Assembly: GCA_964016885.1 (NCBI GenBank)
Contig: OZ024741.1
Coordinates: 168,702,001 to 168,766,000, forward strand
DNA: 64,000 bases
Direction: 5' to 3'
Origin: Eledone cirrhosa
Taxonomy: Eukaryota
Part shown: in pieces, positions 42,984 through 56,400 of the stretch
Layout of the letters: every line of letters starts with the position of its first letter
Position numbering within the stretch: the stretch's first letter is position 1
Position numbers and translations under genes: made by a program
Notes under the pieces: generated by a model
Told to the model about the DNA's origin: nothing
The model's database searches: none
What the model saw: the letters and a program-made list of their open reading frames with translations, nothing else

Positions 42984-43108
42984 TTCCACTGATGATTTAT
43001 AAGCGCCCACCTAAATATATTCTTACATGAATATATATTAGGCTTCTACATAAACGGGAAATATTCTCCCAACTTGTAGAAAACTTATAATGAAACAATT
43101 GTTTGGAA
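42984..43108 (+). ncRNA. Hammerhead ribozyme with branched, extended stem II (within pLTR-like 42927-43296)
   Basis: TTCCA-CTGATGA-TTTATAAG...CTTATAAT-GAAA-C-AATT-G-TT-TGGAA. Confidence 0.7.
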
Positions 43109-43293
43109 AGAGAGATATACTTTAACTTTAATTATATCTCATAAAATAATACAACTGGTTTTTCCACATTATACATATTGTTAGCACCCCAAACACTTAA
43201 ATTGGGTTTATATTTAAATATAACCTAATGTTTGTTGAGTGAGATGGTTACCAGTCAGAGTTTAGCTTTAAACTATCTCTGTTATTGTATTAA

Positions 43294-43349
<56 letters not shown>

Positions 43350-43353
<4 letters not shown>

Positions 43354-44121
43354 ATTCAGCGAGAATAGCATTTTCGGCGGGCAGGAAAAGCGAAGCGAAA
43401 CGCAAAAATTAGAAATGATACTGGCAAAGTCCTCAATAGTTAAAAACCAGAGCTAAACAATGTGTTAAGAAGCCATACAAAACTGAAAAGGTGGTCAAGA
43501 AAGCATTAACCACCCAAGCCAAAAAAGAATCAAGCTAAACAGGTCAAAACAAAATAAATGATAAAAAAATAAGTGATAACCAGACCTGGACTCCCGGAAT
43601 TGCTGTTAAAATCCCATGTAGAGTTTCTGTGACACCTAAATCAAAATACAGTCTGCTTAAAAATATAAGCTTTGTGTATAACGATCGAACAAGGAATACC
43701 ACGTTATCAACAGGTATTTCGCTCTGTACTAAATAAGTGAATGACACGGTGGTAAGTTAAACCACGTGTGGAAATCATAAGGGGAATAACTCCAGATTTT
43801 GGCAAAGTAATTCAGTTGGTGTATATCATGCGAAAAATAGCATAAATAGCACACATCGAATAAGTTCTCAACCGAGTAGTTTAAAATAAACTTATACAAT
43901 TAACCTGTCAATAGAAATGATTAATTGTAAGACACGAGAGATTAATACAAATAAAGATTCAGCGAGAATCGCATTTTCGGCGGGCAGGAAAAAGCGAAGC
44001 GAAACGCAAAAATCAGAAATGATACTGGCAAAGTGCTCAATAGTTAAAAACCAGAGCTAATACCACGTGTGGAAATCATACCACGTGTGGAAATCACAAG
44101 GGGAATAACCCCAGATTTTGG

Positions 44122-44123
<2 letters not shown>
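43350..44123. mobile_element. Non-coding ~600-bp unit with ~105-bp terminal redundancy
   Basis: 43350-43456 is repeated at 43953-44060; homolog of 42068-42799. Confidence 0.7.
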
Positions 44124-44184
<61 letters not shown>

Positions 44185-44188
<4 letters not shown>

Positions 44189-44631
44189 GCACTCTCTAGA
44201 TAAAGGGAAGTAGCTAGAGTTACTTCCCGTAGAATATCTAGAACATTCCTTGGACTTCTGTTCCAGGTATTATAAAAGAAAGAGAAAAGGGCAATCTTCC
44301 TCTCTTAGGCAGCGGGCTCTTGAACTGACCACACCGAGCACAAATATGTTAAGCCTTTTCCAATCCTATCTTGCATTTCAGGATTATATTTCTATCATTT
44401 CACAAGATATGTTTTATTACCAATTTTTAATGCACACACCACAATAAAAATGCAAACTCTCATTAATAACCGTTTGAGATATTCGTCATATTTCACTTTA
44501 TTACGTTGAATGTAGAGAGGTAATTCTAACCAGGAAAAATCATGTAAAAATTATTCTATATCTTCTTTCGAATTAAATTAGTGGTTGGCATGCAATGGTA
44601 TTTACCGGAGTAAATAACCAAATGACCAACC

Positions 44632-44636
<5 letters not shown>
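44185..44636 (+). mobile_element. Possible solo LTR or pLTR in (TA)n
   Basis: Starts TGTAG, has TATAAAA and AATAAA, ends in a long terminal hairpin; no 3' CA. Confidence 0.3.
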
Positions 44637-44701
<65 letters not shown>

Positions 44702-44703
<2 letters not shown>

Positions 44704-45011
44704 GTTTCTGAATTTGTTTAGCAAGATTCTTTATCTGGAAACGTGTATTGAAACCGATATTGTTATACTTTGGGAGGGTCATGTTGCCAATAAGAAACAC
44801 ACGCACCAGTTGCTTTCACTTCAATTTATTATAATAAATTTATAAATTTAGGAATTTATAAATTTCCGGTTGTTTGGTTGGTTCCACAACCAGATGGTTG
44901 TTTATATATTGTCAAAATTCTTTCGTCACACATTCTGTGACCTCTTCAGTGACTGTGGATTCTTTTCTTTGTTTTTTGTGCCTCTCCTTTGTTCTGTCAT
45001 ACGCCATCTTG

Positions 45012-45012
<1 letters not shown>
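44702..45012 (-). mobile_element. HHR element family E
   Basis: HHR at 44911-44953; tail 44702-44758. Confidence 0.8.
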
Positions 45013-45093
<81 letters not shown>

Positions 45094-45099
<6 letters not shown>

Positions 45100-47680
45100 T
45101 ACGAAGTCCGATTTAGGTAGACTTAGTAAAAGGATTCTTGATAGAATTATACCTGAAATTAGAAGTTTGGCCCCTCTTGCACTGTGGCACAATTCTTTCG
45201 CGGTGATTGATTGGTTCAACGGCATAAGCAACAAGGAACATTGCCGTTTTATCCAATTCGACATCAATAATTACTACTCCTCCATCACTTTACCACTTCT
45301 CCTTAGAGCTATCAATTTCGCTAAAACACTCACAGTGGTTAAGGATTTCGAAGTTGATGTCATCCTCAATGCCCGTAAGTCGGTGATTAATTTCGACGAC
45401 TCTATTTGGATTAAAAAATCTAATAGTACCCCATTCGACGTGAGTATGGGCGCCAGCGATTCTGCGGTGGTTACTGATCTTATCGGCCTTTTCCTTCTTT
45501 TCTCTATCAAGGAAGAATTCCCCAACATGGGCGGTGGTTTGTACCTTGATGATGGTCTTTGACCATGACTAAGTGCGGCCCACGTGCTTGCGACAGGTTC
45601 AGAAAAGAACTCACAACCTTCTTTAAAGGCTTCAACATCTCCATACAGGTTGAGACCTACCTCTCGGTCGTTAATTACCTCGACGTTACCCTCAATTTAT
45701 CGAATGGCTAGCATTACCCGTATAGAAAGCAGAATGATACGCTTAATTACATAAGTAAGCATTCTAACCATCCTGCCTGCATAACCAAGAACCTGGTAAG
45801 AAACGTTTCTTGAGGCTTTCCCGTCTATCTACTAACGAGCATATTTTCAACGACCATTCCACATATTACAATGAAGCTCTTGATCGGAGTGGATGTGTCG
45901 ATAAGGTAGCATATACAGAGTACGAGAATAAACCTAGAAGAAATAGATCCCGACACATTATATGGTATAACCCACCATATAATATGGAGGTGGCCACACC
46001 ATTAGCTAAGACCTTTCTCTCCCTTATTATGAAACATTTTCCCCCTACACATAAATATAGTAACATTTTTAATAGAAATACTATTAAAATTTCTTACTCT
46101 ACGACTCCTAACCTTGCACATAACATCACAGCTTCAAATTTAGCTAAACTACCTAGCCGTAGGAACACGTGCAACCCTGTAGTTAGTACTAACTGTAATT
46201 GTAGGAATCGGGTTGACTGCCCCCTATCCAGGAAATGCCTCTCTAGTAACATTGTCTACAAATGTAAGGTTGAAACACCCACGTCCCGTAGGGCCTACAT
46301 AGGGTTAACCGCCAATAGATTCAAGCAGCGTCTTTACATGCATACCCATTCTTTTCGTAACCCTTTAAGAAGGAATATGATGTCACTTTCAGCTTATATC
46401 TGGAGTCTAAAAGACAACCACACCCAATATAAGTTACACTGGGAGATGCTAGCTAGGGCTAGATCGTATAACGGAAATAAAATACCATGTGACCTCTGCG
46501 CCGCTGAGGCCCTGGAAATACTCTACGCCAAAGACCACAAAATCTGAGGCAATTTCGGCTTGTAAACATAAATTGCACAAAACTTTCCTGTATTACAGCC
46601 CCACATTATACCCTAACGGATAGTACGAACTATACGCGGATATTTTACGTCTTGATGTGGTAGCTAAGTATATGTTATGTTTATACCATTACTTATTTGT
46701 ATAGGTAAGTATATATTACCTGTATGTTTTGTGAAAGTACGTATAATTTCTCGTAGGTATATTTGATTGTATATGTTAGGGTGTATATATTATATATTCT
46801 GGTACAAATGCCTTTGGTTATGCGTATACGTGAGTTTTACGTCTGTGTGAGTGTGCGGGTTCGTACGTATGTAGGGTGTGTGTATATGTATACTTTGTGT
46901 TTTGGTTGACGTACGTCTCCGAACATATGTGTATTTACATGTAGGTATGTGTGTGCGCTTGTTATATACGTATTTATTTATATACGTTTGTTTATTTATA
47001 TGTATACACACATATATATATATATACATATTTTATGTGTATTTGGTGTATACTTTCGTATGCGTGCGGGTACAGGCGTGCGTGGGGTCGGTATGTGCGT
47101 GCGGGTTTTTTTTTGGGGGGGGGGTGTACGCGCGTGTATTTGTATACGTATGGCGAGTGTTTTCGCGTATGCTTGTGTACGTATGTATATGGATGCGTGT
47201 ATGTATTTATTTAATTTCAATTACCTCTGTATTTTATTTACTTTATTCTTAACTCTGAAGCAGAGAATTATTCGGTTTCCTAGTTAGAATTTTAGTCTAC
47301 GACTTCAGTTATACCATTTACCTGGTTTTGTCTTTGTGTGCAATTGTTCTCTCGCTCCACATATGACGTATTATCTTCGTTTTTTCCGTTCATTGCAAGA
47401 GAACGTCTCTATGAACCACCTAATATAATATTAGTCTACGACTTCTTTTATACCATAAACGTGGTTCTGTCTTTGCGTGTAATTGTTTTTCACTGTGACG
47501 TATTATATTCGTTTTTTTCCAGTTCTTTGCCAGAGAACGTTTCCACGAACCAAAGTATCGTCTTCCTGTCTTCCTCCGGTTGCAACGTTTTTTGAAATAT
47601 TTACTTCTGCGTTAGTTTCAGAAGATCCCGTTAAGGGTGAAAGCAGCGATTCTTTGCTTAAACTTTAACCTGTTATTTTA

Positions 47681-47686
<6 letters not shown>
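45094..47686 (+). mobile_element. 5'-truncated Penelope-like (Naiad-type) element
   Basis: RT (NPTKSDLGRLSK, FIQFDI, FDVSMG, GLYLDDGL) and GIY-YIG (IVY..AYIGLT..FKQR, CDLC) with frameshifts at 45094-46600; long 3' UTR; HHR-like motif at 47611-47669. Confidence 0.92.
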
Positions 47687-47753
<67 letters not shown>

Positions 47754-50371
47754 CATAGATACACAATGACTCTAAATTAATAAGTGAGGAAAGCAAGCAA
47801 GATAAAATGTTAACCTACTTACTTCAAATGTCCTAACCGTGATTTCGTTGTGTAAGATTGACATCGGATATTCTAAAAAGTTAGGATATCGAAAATCGGG
47901 AGAACAACGGAGATATCGTCAAGTGACCACGACGTATAATTTTTAAAAGGGAAAAAATGTAATGTAGTAGCCAGTCGGTATGAAGGGTAGTGATAGATGG
48001 ACAGTTGGCAAGTAAGAAGGTGCGCTAAAATAGCTCACCTTGCAGCCTAGCTTTAACTCGACAACAAGAGAGTGTAGAAAAGAATTTGAGCTATATCGAA
48101 CAACCTTCTTACTCGCCAACTGTCCACCAACACAACTACTGGTTTCATCGACCATGACAAGAATTCACAGCAACAATTCTCTCGACTAACTAAGACACAA
48201 TTCAGTCACTTGCTATGAACTCGACTTACAAATGAACCAAGCAAGCAATCAAACAAACTTCTCTCTCATACGCTAAAAATAATAACCCCCACGCTAAAAT
48301 TGGTGACATCGTGACGTTAAAAAGCGCAGTATTCTATTATCGATCGATGCCGGAGCAGTGATCGATAATAGAAGAGTTAACAAAATCGGACTGCTAGAGT
48401 ATGCTTTGAAAAAGAGACCTGGCTGGCTTCAAGTATACGGAGCCACGAGTGGCTCCTGGATGTTGAAAGACCAGTGTGCATTCATCTGTGGGTCGGGAAT
48501 ATGTGATTAGATTGAAGTTAAACTATTGAAATTTGTGGGCAATTGCAAGTAACATGTGTGTCTGCTAATACGTTTGAGTTGCACGCATAAGTGTGTCTAG
48601 GCGGTTGCGAACCGAAAGCTCTTCCGTTACTTCAAAACTAGCTGGGAATGAAAAAAGAGAAGAGAGAATCATCATGTGATATGCAATATAAACCAATTTG
48701 CATACCTGTGTTTGTATGAAAATAAAATTTGGAACTGTTTGTGGCTGTATGTGTGTTTGTGTAAACATATGATAAATATATTAGTGGTGGTTGAAGAAAA
48801 ACAAAATATCTAAGTATCTAAACTGCAAAACATGAATGTGCGTGAAAATGATTAAAATGATACAGTTATAGTTCATGATTAAAGTGTTGTGTATTTTTTT
48901 TAGAAAGAAGAGAAAAAAATAACAGCTCTAAACGATTTGAGTTCATACAGTTCTTGTGTGCGTGTTTGCTTCTTTGAGTGAGTCTGCTGTCACCGCCATG
49001 GGCCAGAATCTTATTTTGTTGTTTTGTTGCTGTTGCTGCTGTTGCTGCTGTTGTTGTTGTTGTTGTTGTTTTTGCTGCTGCTTCAGTTGTTAGTGGTGTT
49101 GTTGCTGCTGCTGCTGTTGTTTTTGTTGCCACAGATGTTGCTGATGCCACAGATGTTGCATTTGTAGTCACAGATGTTGTTGTTGTAGTTGTAGTTGTTG
49201 CCACAGATGTTGTTGTTGTAGTTGTTGACCCAGATGTTGTTGTTGTTGTGATGATTGACTGATACCAATAGCACGTGGAGAAAAAAGGTTGCGTTCGGAA
49301 TATATTTAGAAAGTCTGTTTGTTAAACAACGTTGTGTTCATATATTTACGTTTTGTGTCATTTTTGTTTTTTGAAAGACATATCTGTTGAGATTATCAGG
49401 AAACTCCGTATCGATCTAGGAGGGTAGTGGAAGAATTTCTGATTTGGGGGTTCCAAAATTGGTCAATCTAGTTGTAATGATTAGTTTAACTGTTATTATC
49501 AAATATCAACCAGGATATAAAAAAAACTTCGATATGCGATAAACATAACATATACATAAATTGTAGCGCATATACAACTAGATGTGTGTTTAGGTAGTTT
49601 GGGGAGAAAATATAATTATTGAAGGGGGCCGGCAGGCCTCTCTCCAGTTCCACCGCCTCAATGAGATTGTTCCCATGTTCTCAAATAGTCACATATCAAC
49701 ACGAGCAGGCCTTTAATGTAAGGCAGGCTAACTTAAGTACCAATTCCTTTGTTTCGCTCTGCATTATCGCCGCTTGAATTATGGCCTTTTTTAAAAAGGA
49801 AAGATCATCTGTTTTATGTTTCTGGGGACTCATCGTTATGAATGCAAGACATGTTGACCCTAGAAAGTACAGTTTGACCCTTAGCTCTGCAACAAACAGT
49901 CTCTCACTCGCTTCCAAGCTGGCTAGGCAGTTTCGACCTATGCGGTCGGCCGTTCTTATTCTGTTATATCGGGTTTATGATTCTTTAATTCGTTCCTCCC
50001 ATAACGCCCTTCATTTATTTTAGAACCTTTTAAATACACTACCCATCTTTCCATCCACTCTTTTATATATATATATATATATTCATTTATCTACTTATCT
50101 GTACCTATTTGTATTTATGTTAATGTAGCAGCTGTTGCTGCTGTCTTCGCTGATCTTGCGGCTGCCACCTATATCGAACACTCCCATCAACCTACAACGT
50201 TTAATTGACTGCTGATATTACAACTTAGCCATTTGAAGTATACGTACAGCTCCTTTTTGCCAGCTGAGTGGACTGGAGAAACTTAAAATAAAGTGTCTTG
50301 CTCAAGGATATAATGTATCACCTGATCCAGGAATGAAACTTATGGGGAACCCAACATCCTAGCCACTTATA

Positions 50372-50566
50372 TCAGACCTGCCAACCTCTAAAAACCCAAA
50401 CGGAGAGTACCATGAAAAAACATGCCCCAAAACGGGAAGAAATGAGGTAAAATGGGGAGGTTTTACATAATGAAAGCTATACCCATTTTCACAAGAGATA
50501 ACATCTCTCACCCACCTCAAAGTGGGTGGGAGATCTCGCGACGGACGGGGAGAGTTGACAGGTCTG
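50372..50566. mobile_element. MITE, same family as 32573-32737
   Basis: CAGACCTGCCAACCTCT...AGAGTTGACAGGTCTG. Confidence 0.75.
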
Positions 50567-51446
50567 TAATAGCATACACCATCAACGACATACATATAAC
50601 CAGTTATAGGTTGTTACATTCTTTCATACATCTGTTGTCTTTCTCTCTTTCTCTCTGTTGTGGCATCACTTTTCTCGACATGGGTTCGTTAGAACTAATG
50701 ATAATCTCCCAGTTAGCCGGAAATTCCTCTTGATGATTCCAATTCCCAGATGACACCATTTTCTGAATTGATGCAATTGGGAAAAGAAATGTTCTCGTCA
50801 TCACACTCCATCTAACCTAATTTATAAATATAAATTTAACCTCATTTATGCTACCAAGTATAATGGACGTTAAATGATGATGATGATGATGGTGGTGGTG
50901 CTGGGTGATATTTGTGGTAGTGGTGGTGGTGATGATTCCGTCTACTGACTCATCAAACGGACTCACTCAATGATAAGGTAACAAAGAGTAAAATTAGCAA
51001 GTTGTGATAATTCAATAATTACTAAGAAATAAATAGGGATGCCATAGTAATGTAAACGAAAGCCCCAGGACAAAGAACTGAATTACATTAAGAAGATCCA
51101 ACAGTATTAATAGAAATCCTTTTAAGTGATTCTAAATATATTAAGATATTGTCAACATTTTAAAATTTACGTTTATTTTTATCTTAATTTCAGTTATTCA
51201 TTATTTTCTTATTTAAATAATGTATAAATAACTCTTAAAGATATTGATTAACGTGTTAGACTTTACATTGCTTATTATGATAGAACTGGGGCTGTTATCT
51301 TTAAAACACCCAAGACACCTTCCATAAGATGCAACCTCGTAGGAGGCCAGCTAAACCTGTGTATGTGTGAGGTGTGAGCTATAACAACAATCCACACACA
51401 CATATATACATATATAATATATACATATATAATATATACATATATA

Positions 51447-51487
<41 letters not shown>

Positions 51488-52355
51488 CGAGGTGTGTCAG
51501 AAAAGTTCCAGGACTGATGTCACAAAAGATTTATTTCAAACCCAAACTTCACACTAAGAGTTTTCTCCTTCAAAGTAATCCCCCTGGAGTATGTAACTGT
51601 AATCTTAGCTCTCTGCAGCGATCAAACTTTTTCCTTCATAATTTTACATACATGTCCTCCATTTCAGGTCGTCAAGCAATGAGCACAGAGCAGCGAACAA
51701 ACTGTCAGAAGCACTGGGATTGCTGCAGCAAGTGTATGGAGATGAGCCGATGTCACGCTCAGGTGTTTTTGAGTGGTGCAACAGGTTTAAAGAAGGACTA
51801 GAGGACGTGGAAGATGACCCCAGGAGCGGAAGGCCCTCAACAACCAGGACTGAGGTCAACGTTGAGCGCGTCAGGCAGATGGTGCGTAGCGATCGTCGGC
51901 TGACTGTTCGACTGATGGCAAATGAGCTGGGCATGAATCGCGACAGCGTCTGGAAGATTCTCACTGAAGATTTGGACATGCGGAAAGTCTGCGCGAAGAA
52001 GGTGCCAACATTGCTGAACGATGACCAGAAAGTTCGACGCATGCAAGTGTGCGAGGACATCCTCGAGCGTCTTGAAATCGAACCAGACTTGCTAGGGACA
52101 GTCATCACCGGTGATGAGTCATGGATCTTCGAGTACGACCCGGAGGGGACCCGTTTTGACGTCGTGGACGACATCAAAAATGCCGTGCATGCAAGCGTGG
52201 TAGAAAAGGCCGTGCATGCAAGCGTGGCAGAAAAGGATGGAAAAGTGCATTACGCTCCAGGGGGATTACTTTGAAGGAGAAAACTCTTAGTGTGAAGTTT
52301 TGGTTTGGAATAAATCTTTTGTGACATCAGTCCTGGAACTTTTCTGACACACCTC

Positions 52356-52356
<1 letters not shown>
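51488..52356 (+). mobile_element. Internally deleted mariner transposon
   Basis: ~100-bp TIRs starting CGAGGTGTGTCAGAAAAGTTCC, TA flanks; HTH, RSGRP, VITGDESWIFEYDPE; rest of the DDD domain missing. Confidence 0.93.
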
Positions 52357-52445
<89 letters not shown>

Positions 52446-52749
52446 GGGATAACAAATTATTGTTATAGGTAGTCCACTTAGATGTAGTGCAGTTAGGGTA
52501 CTCCGAATAGTGGATAGTATTAACGCTTGGCTAAGTTTGACTCAACAAGACGTTTCCATAGTGATGCTGCGAGTACGCGGTGATTTCTATGTAGTTTACA
52601 CTTGGTGATCGATTGACGCAAAAACAGGCGAGTAGCGATCTCTAGACCTACCAGTTCAGAGAAACAATTGTCAGCAATGTGAATAAAGCCCTTATTGTAT
52701 AGCAAACCATGTCACTCCTCTTTCTTGATTTATATATATATATATATAT

Positions 52750-53000
52750 AAACAAGCAAATTATAAACGTAAACATGTAAGTATGTTTTTGAAACGGTGC
52801 GCAAGTTTGAAATTAGAAATTAGAAATTATAAGCTTTCACCATATTTTAGACTAAAGAAATTTCTAGCCTGATAGTGTTGCCGTACATGTTGCCGTACAG
52901 CAACACTCATCTTTTTCCATTTCTCCTAGGGTTATAAACCCCATTATCAGGCTAGAAATTTCTTTATTCTAAAATACGGTGAATGCTTATAATTTCTAAT
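52750..53000. mobile_element. Mini fold-back pLTR element with one-sided tail
   Basis: Inverted arms ~52818-52874 / 52945-53000; tail 52767-52818 recurs inverted at 59645-59690. Confidence 0.55.
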
Positions 53001-53033
53001 ATATATATACATATACATATACATATATATATA

Positions 53034-53315
53034 TTATGTATAGAAATTTCGTATTTCTAAAGAAATACAGTTTTAAGAAGCCGTAGCTATGCAAACAGCG
53101 GGGCTGACGCACTCTTGTGGTGTCCAGCAGTAATAGGGGAACAACCGTCTATTCATTTCAGGCTTGACTCGCCTTCGTCAGGACGGTACCTCCCACCGCT
53201 TGGTACTGCAGTAGCCCCCTGTGTTTGCATAGCTAATTCCTAAAAGCGTATTTCTTTAGAAATACGAAATTTCTATACATATTATATAAAGCTATGCTTG
53301 AAGCGAAATCTTATT

Positions 53316-53320
<5 letters not shown>
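53034..53320 (-). mobile_element. Rod-like non-coding element with central HHR
   Basis: HHR ACCGTC-CTGACGA-AGGC-GAGTCAA-GCCT-GAAA-TGAA-TA-GACGGT at 53144-53187 inside nested inverted repeats. Confidence 0.8.
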
Positions 53321-53384
<64 letters not shown>

Positions 53385-53435
53385 TATAAAATCCAAAGAG
53401 GGTTCGATAAGCTTAAACTTTTATCTGTTATTTTA

Positions 53436-53469
<34 letters not shown>

Positions 53470-53472
<3 letters not shown>

Positions 53473-56400
53473 AAAAAATTTACGAAATGGAAATTCGGGT
53501 ATATAGAATTTATTAGGTAACAATTGTTTCTATAGTGTATGAGTTACCTATACCTCGCTATTTGAATAATACACAAATATTATCAAAAACCGAAAGTACA
53601 CTGTAAGCCAACACACCATGTCATCAGACCTTTGTATTAGAATGATATGAAAATATTTTATACACTAGATAAAAGATAAAGAAGGAGGTAGGAAGAGAAG
53701 GGGAAGAGGGAAGTGAGTAAGGTGGAGGGAGTCTTAGGGTCTAAGACTGTCAGACTAGTAGAGATTGTGAAGAGAGAATGTTTTGGCAGCAGTTAGCTTA
53801 ATGAGGCGTGCTAAGGTTGGCTGGGAAGTAGATACTTCTAGTGGTGTTGTTCGGACAAAATTTTGTTAGAGGGGTCAAAGTGGTACAATGTCACAGACAA
53901 GTTATTAGGGCTATTATAGTAGCAGGTTATTTCTAAAGGGGTCCAGAAAAACAGTGTTTAGTACTATTATTATAGAAAGCCATATCTAGTGTATAAACAT
54001 ATAAGACAGAAATTTGCAAACGTTGGTGTAAAAAGGTAACATTATATGCATTTAAAAAAAGAAAAAGTCGTTTTCAAACGATGGTTACAGTATAGAGAAC
54101 GTTCAATTTTGCTGTTCAAAAGTTTGTTTACCGACGTTAAAATGCAGTATATCTCTAAGTTGCATAACTTGCAGAATCGATGATTTTGCTGATATGCAGG
54201 CGCAGCTGCAATAATTTGCCAATCAAGGGAAAACGCTTGATTGTTCCTCCGAAGCTGCCAGGCTTTATCGGCGAGGGTTGTTACGGAGCGCATTTTCTCG
54301 TGCCTGATCGAAGATCGATGTTGGTATAGGCGAGCCTTGAAAGAAGTTGCGGTACATCCGACGTAATACCATTTGTTGGTCACGGAATTTATTGTACACC
54401 GGTAGACAATATTGCGTGCTAGGCACTGGTTATTCAGTGGGCATGTACCTGGTTTGGTGCAGTTACAACTATTTTTATGTTTTGCAGTAGAATCCTGGAT
54501 AGTTTGGTGGGGTTGCGGTTGCGTGTTAGTGCGTTGCATGTTGCTATGCTGGTGCGCTGAGTCATTAGGGATGTACTTATTCAGTATTGCTGAGTTGAGT
54601 TTTCTAATTAGTTGTTCTATGTTAGGTGCAGTGGAGTATGAGAGTCTAATGGTGCGCGAGTTAAAGATTTTATAGTATTTATGTGAAGTTGTAAAGTGTT
54701 TATTGATTAGTGTATAGAATTGTGAGATAATCTTAGTGCTAATAGAAGAATTGTACACGGGGTTATACCATATGTACTCTCTACGTCTGACTCTATTTGC
54801 TGGTTTGCACCTGTTAGTATGCCTATTGATGTGTGTGTGGTGCAATACTAGTTCGACTTAGATGTGTTTTATTCATAGTACTTATGTGGTTATCGTCTAG
54901 ATATTCAATTTTCTCGCAGTAACCAGCTTTTCTAAGTGCGTCAATTATAATATTCAGCATGCTCGTTGAAGGTCTGCAAATTAGACGACAGTCGGGAGAT
55001 CCTTATGGATATATTTTTAGGGATAGATTTAATAATGGAATGAGGATGGTTCGATTTTACATTAACGTACTTAAGATTTTCATTAAGTTTGTGAAATGGC
55101 TCTATATTACCGTTATTAAGGTTGAAGGTAACATCCAAGAAGTTGACCACCTTAAGATTGTGTTCAAAGGTAATATTAAGCCCTAGTTCTAAGAAAAGTT
55201 TTCTAATGTTTTTACGTCGCCTTTCTAGGTTTTGTTTGTTCATATTCTTGACTAATAGAAGTGTATCGTCGCGGTATATTCCGCCGTGGAGGTCCGTAAA
55301 TTCGCTCTGGAGTCTATGGGCTATATAGATCCCAACCAAATCCGTGACCTCCGCCGAATCATTAGAACCCATCGTAATGTCGAATTCCGAGGGTCTATCC
55401 CTGCGGACCCAATAACTATTTTCAAAGTGCACTACTGTGCGTCTAGCTTCAAGTATAATATTAATTTCCTCGTTTGTGAGGTCCGAGTTAGTCTTAGCGA
55501 AAGAGAGGGCCTTATGCAGGGTTTCGGGTGAAATAGAGGAATAGTATTCATCTATATCGAATTGAATAAAAGAAGATTTGTTTTTGTCCCTAATGTTATT
55601 GAACCATCTTATTGCCTGATGAGTATTACCCCATAATTTAATATCTACCTTAGCCTTAACTTGGGGGATAATACGATCTAATATGTACTTACTAATCCTA
55701 CCTATATCGGACTTTGAAGGACATATTAATCTAATTTTAGGGTTAGTATCGAAGTTATCCTTATGGTCCTTCAGATTAAAAGTCGGTGTAGCTGGGGATA
55801 GGGGTACCGTTCTGTCGTCAATTTTCAGTTTCCTAACAATATCACATGCTGCGTTATTAATGTTGGTTAGTGTAGTTGCGTTTGTTTTTTTGTATTTCCT
55901 ATGTAATTCCTTACGTATAAAATTGTTATATGTTTCTACATCCAGGGTGTATAGATTCGAAGTTTTGTCTGCCTTTATGATAATTCCTTTGGTATTCCTT
56001 AGGTTGTTGAGTAGAGTTTTAATATCTCGTTGCAGTTCGTTTTTCCTTCCGTTTGTAAATTTGATTCCGGTTATCATTTTCATTAAGTCCTGTTCGAAAG
56101 AATCCAAAAGAGGGTTAGAGGGTGGGTTTTTGTAGGATTTGAAACCAAACTTCTCGTTGTTGGTGTCCGAAGTTTGCGTAATCCTTTTCCGATCGCAGTG
56201 GAAGACCTTCCATCTAATCCGCCGAATAAATTCGTTGGTCCTTTGTATCATACCAAGAATGTAATCCTTTTTACCCTGAATGGGTATGTTTTTTAAGGAC
56301 ATACCACAATGATGTTTTTCCATTTCAAAGACGCAGGTTGATAGGTTGCTCGACTGTAAAGGAGTGTGAAGAATTAGATAATTTGTATTCCAATGTTACT

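Noticed and set aside
48866-49274. Thr/Ala-rich mucin-like or poly-Val ORFs (also 16920-17151)
   Set aside because: Degenerate (GTT)n, (GCT)n and (TAG)n trinucleotide repeats with no splice or domain support.
49690-50023. Possible old LINE RT-thumb remnant (LLYRVYDSLIRS)
   Set aside because: Similarity too weak to call without a profile search.
52445-52730. TA-flanked segment with GAAACAATTGTC and GAAACGTC as HHRs
   Set aside because: No CTGANGA box or convincing stem I found; probably a decayed pLTR.
54941-54943. TGA ending the RT ORF as selenocysteine (some Naiads are selenoproteins)
   Set aside because: The conserved sequence continues in another frame, so it is a frameshift. Conserved cysteines in the visible EN domains use normal Cys codons. 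TGAs at 45560 and in 58730-58985 fall at frameshift, Arg or Trp positions.
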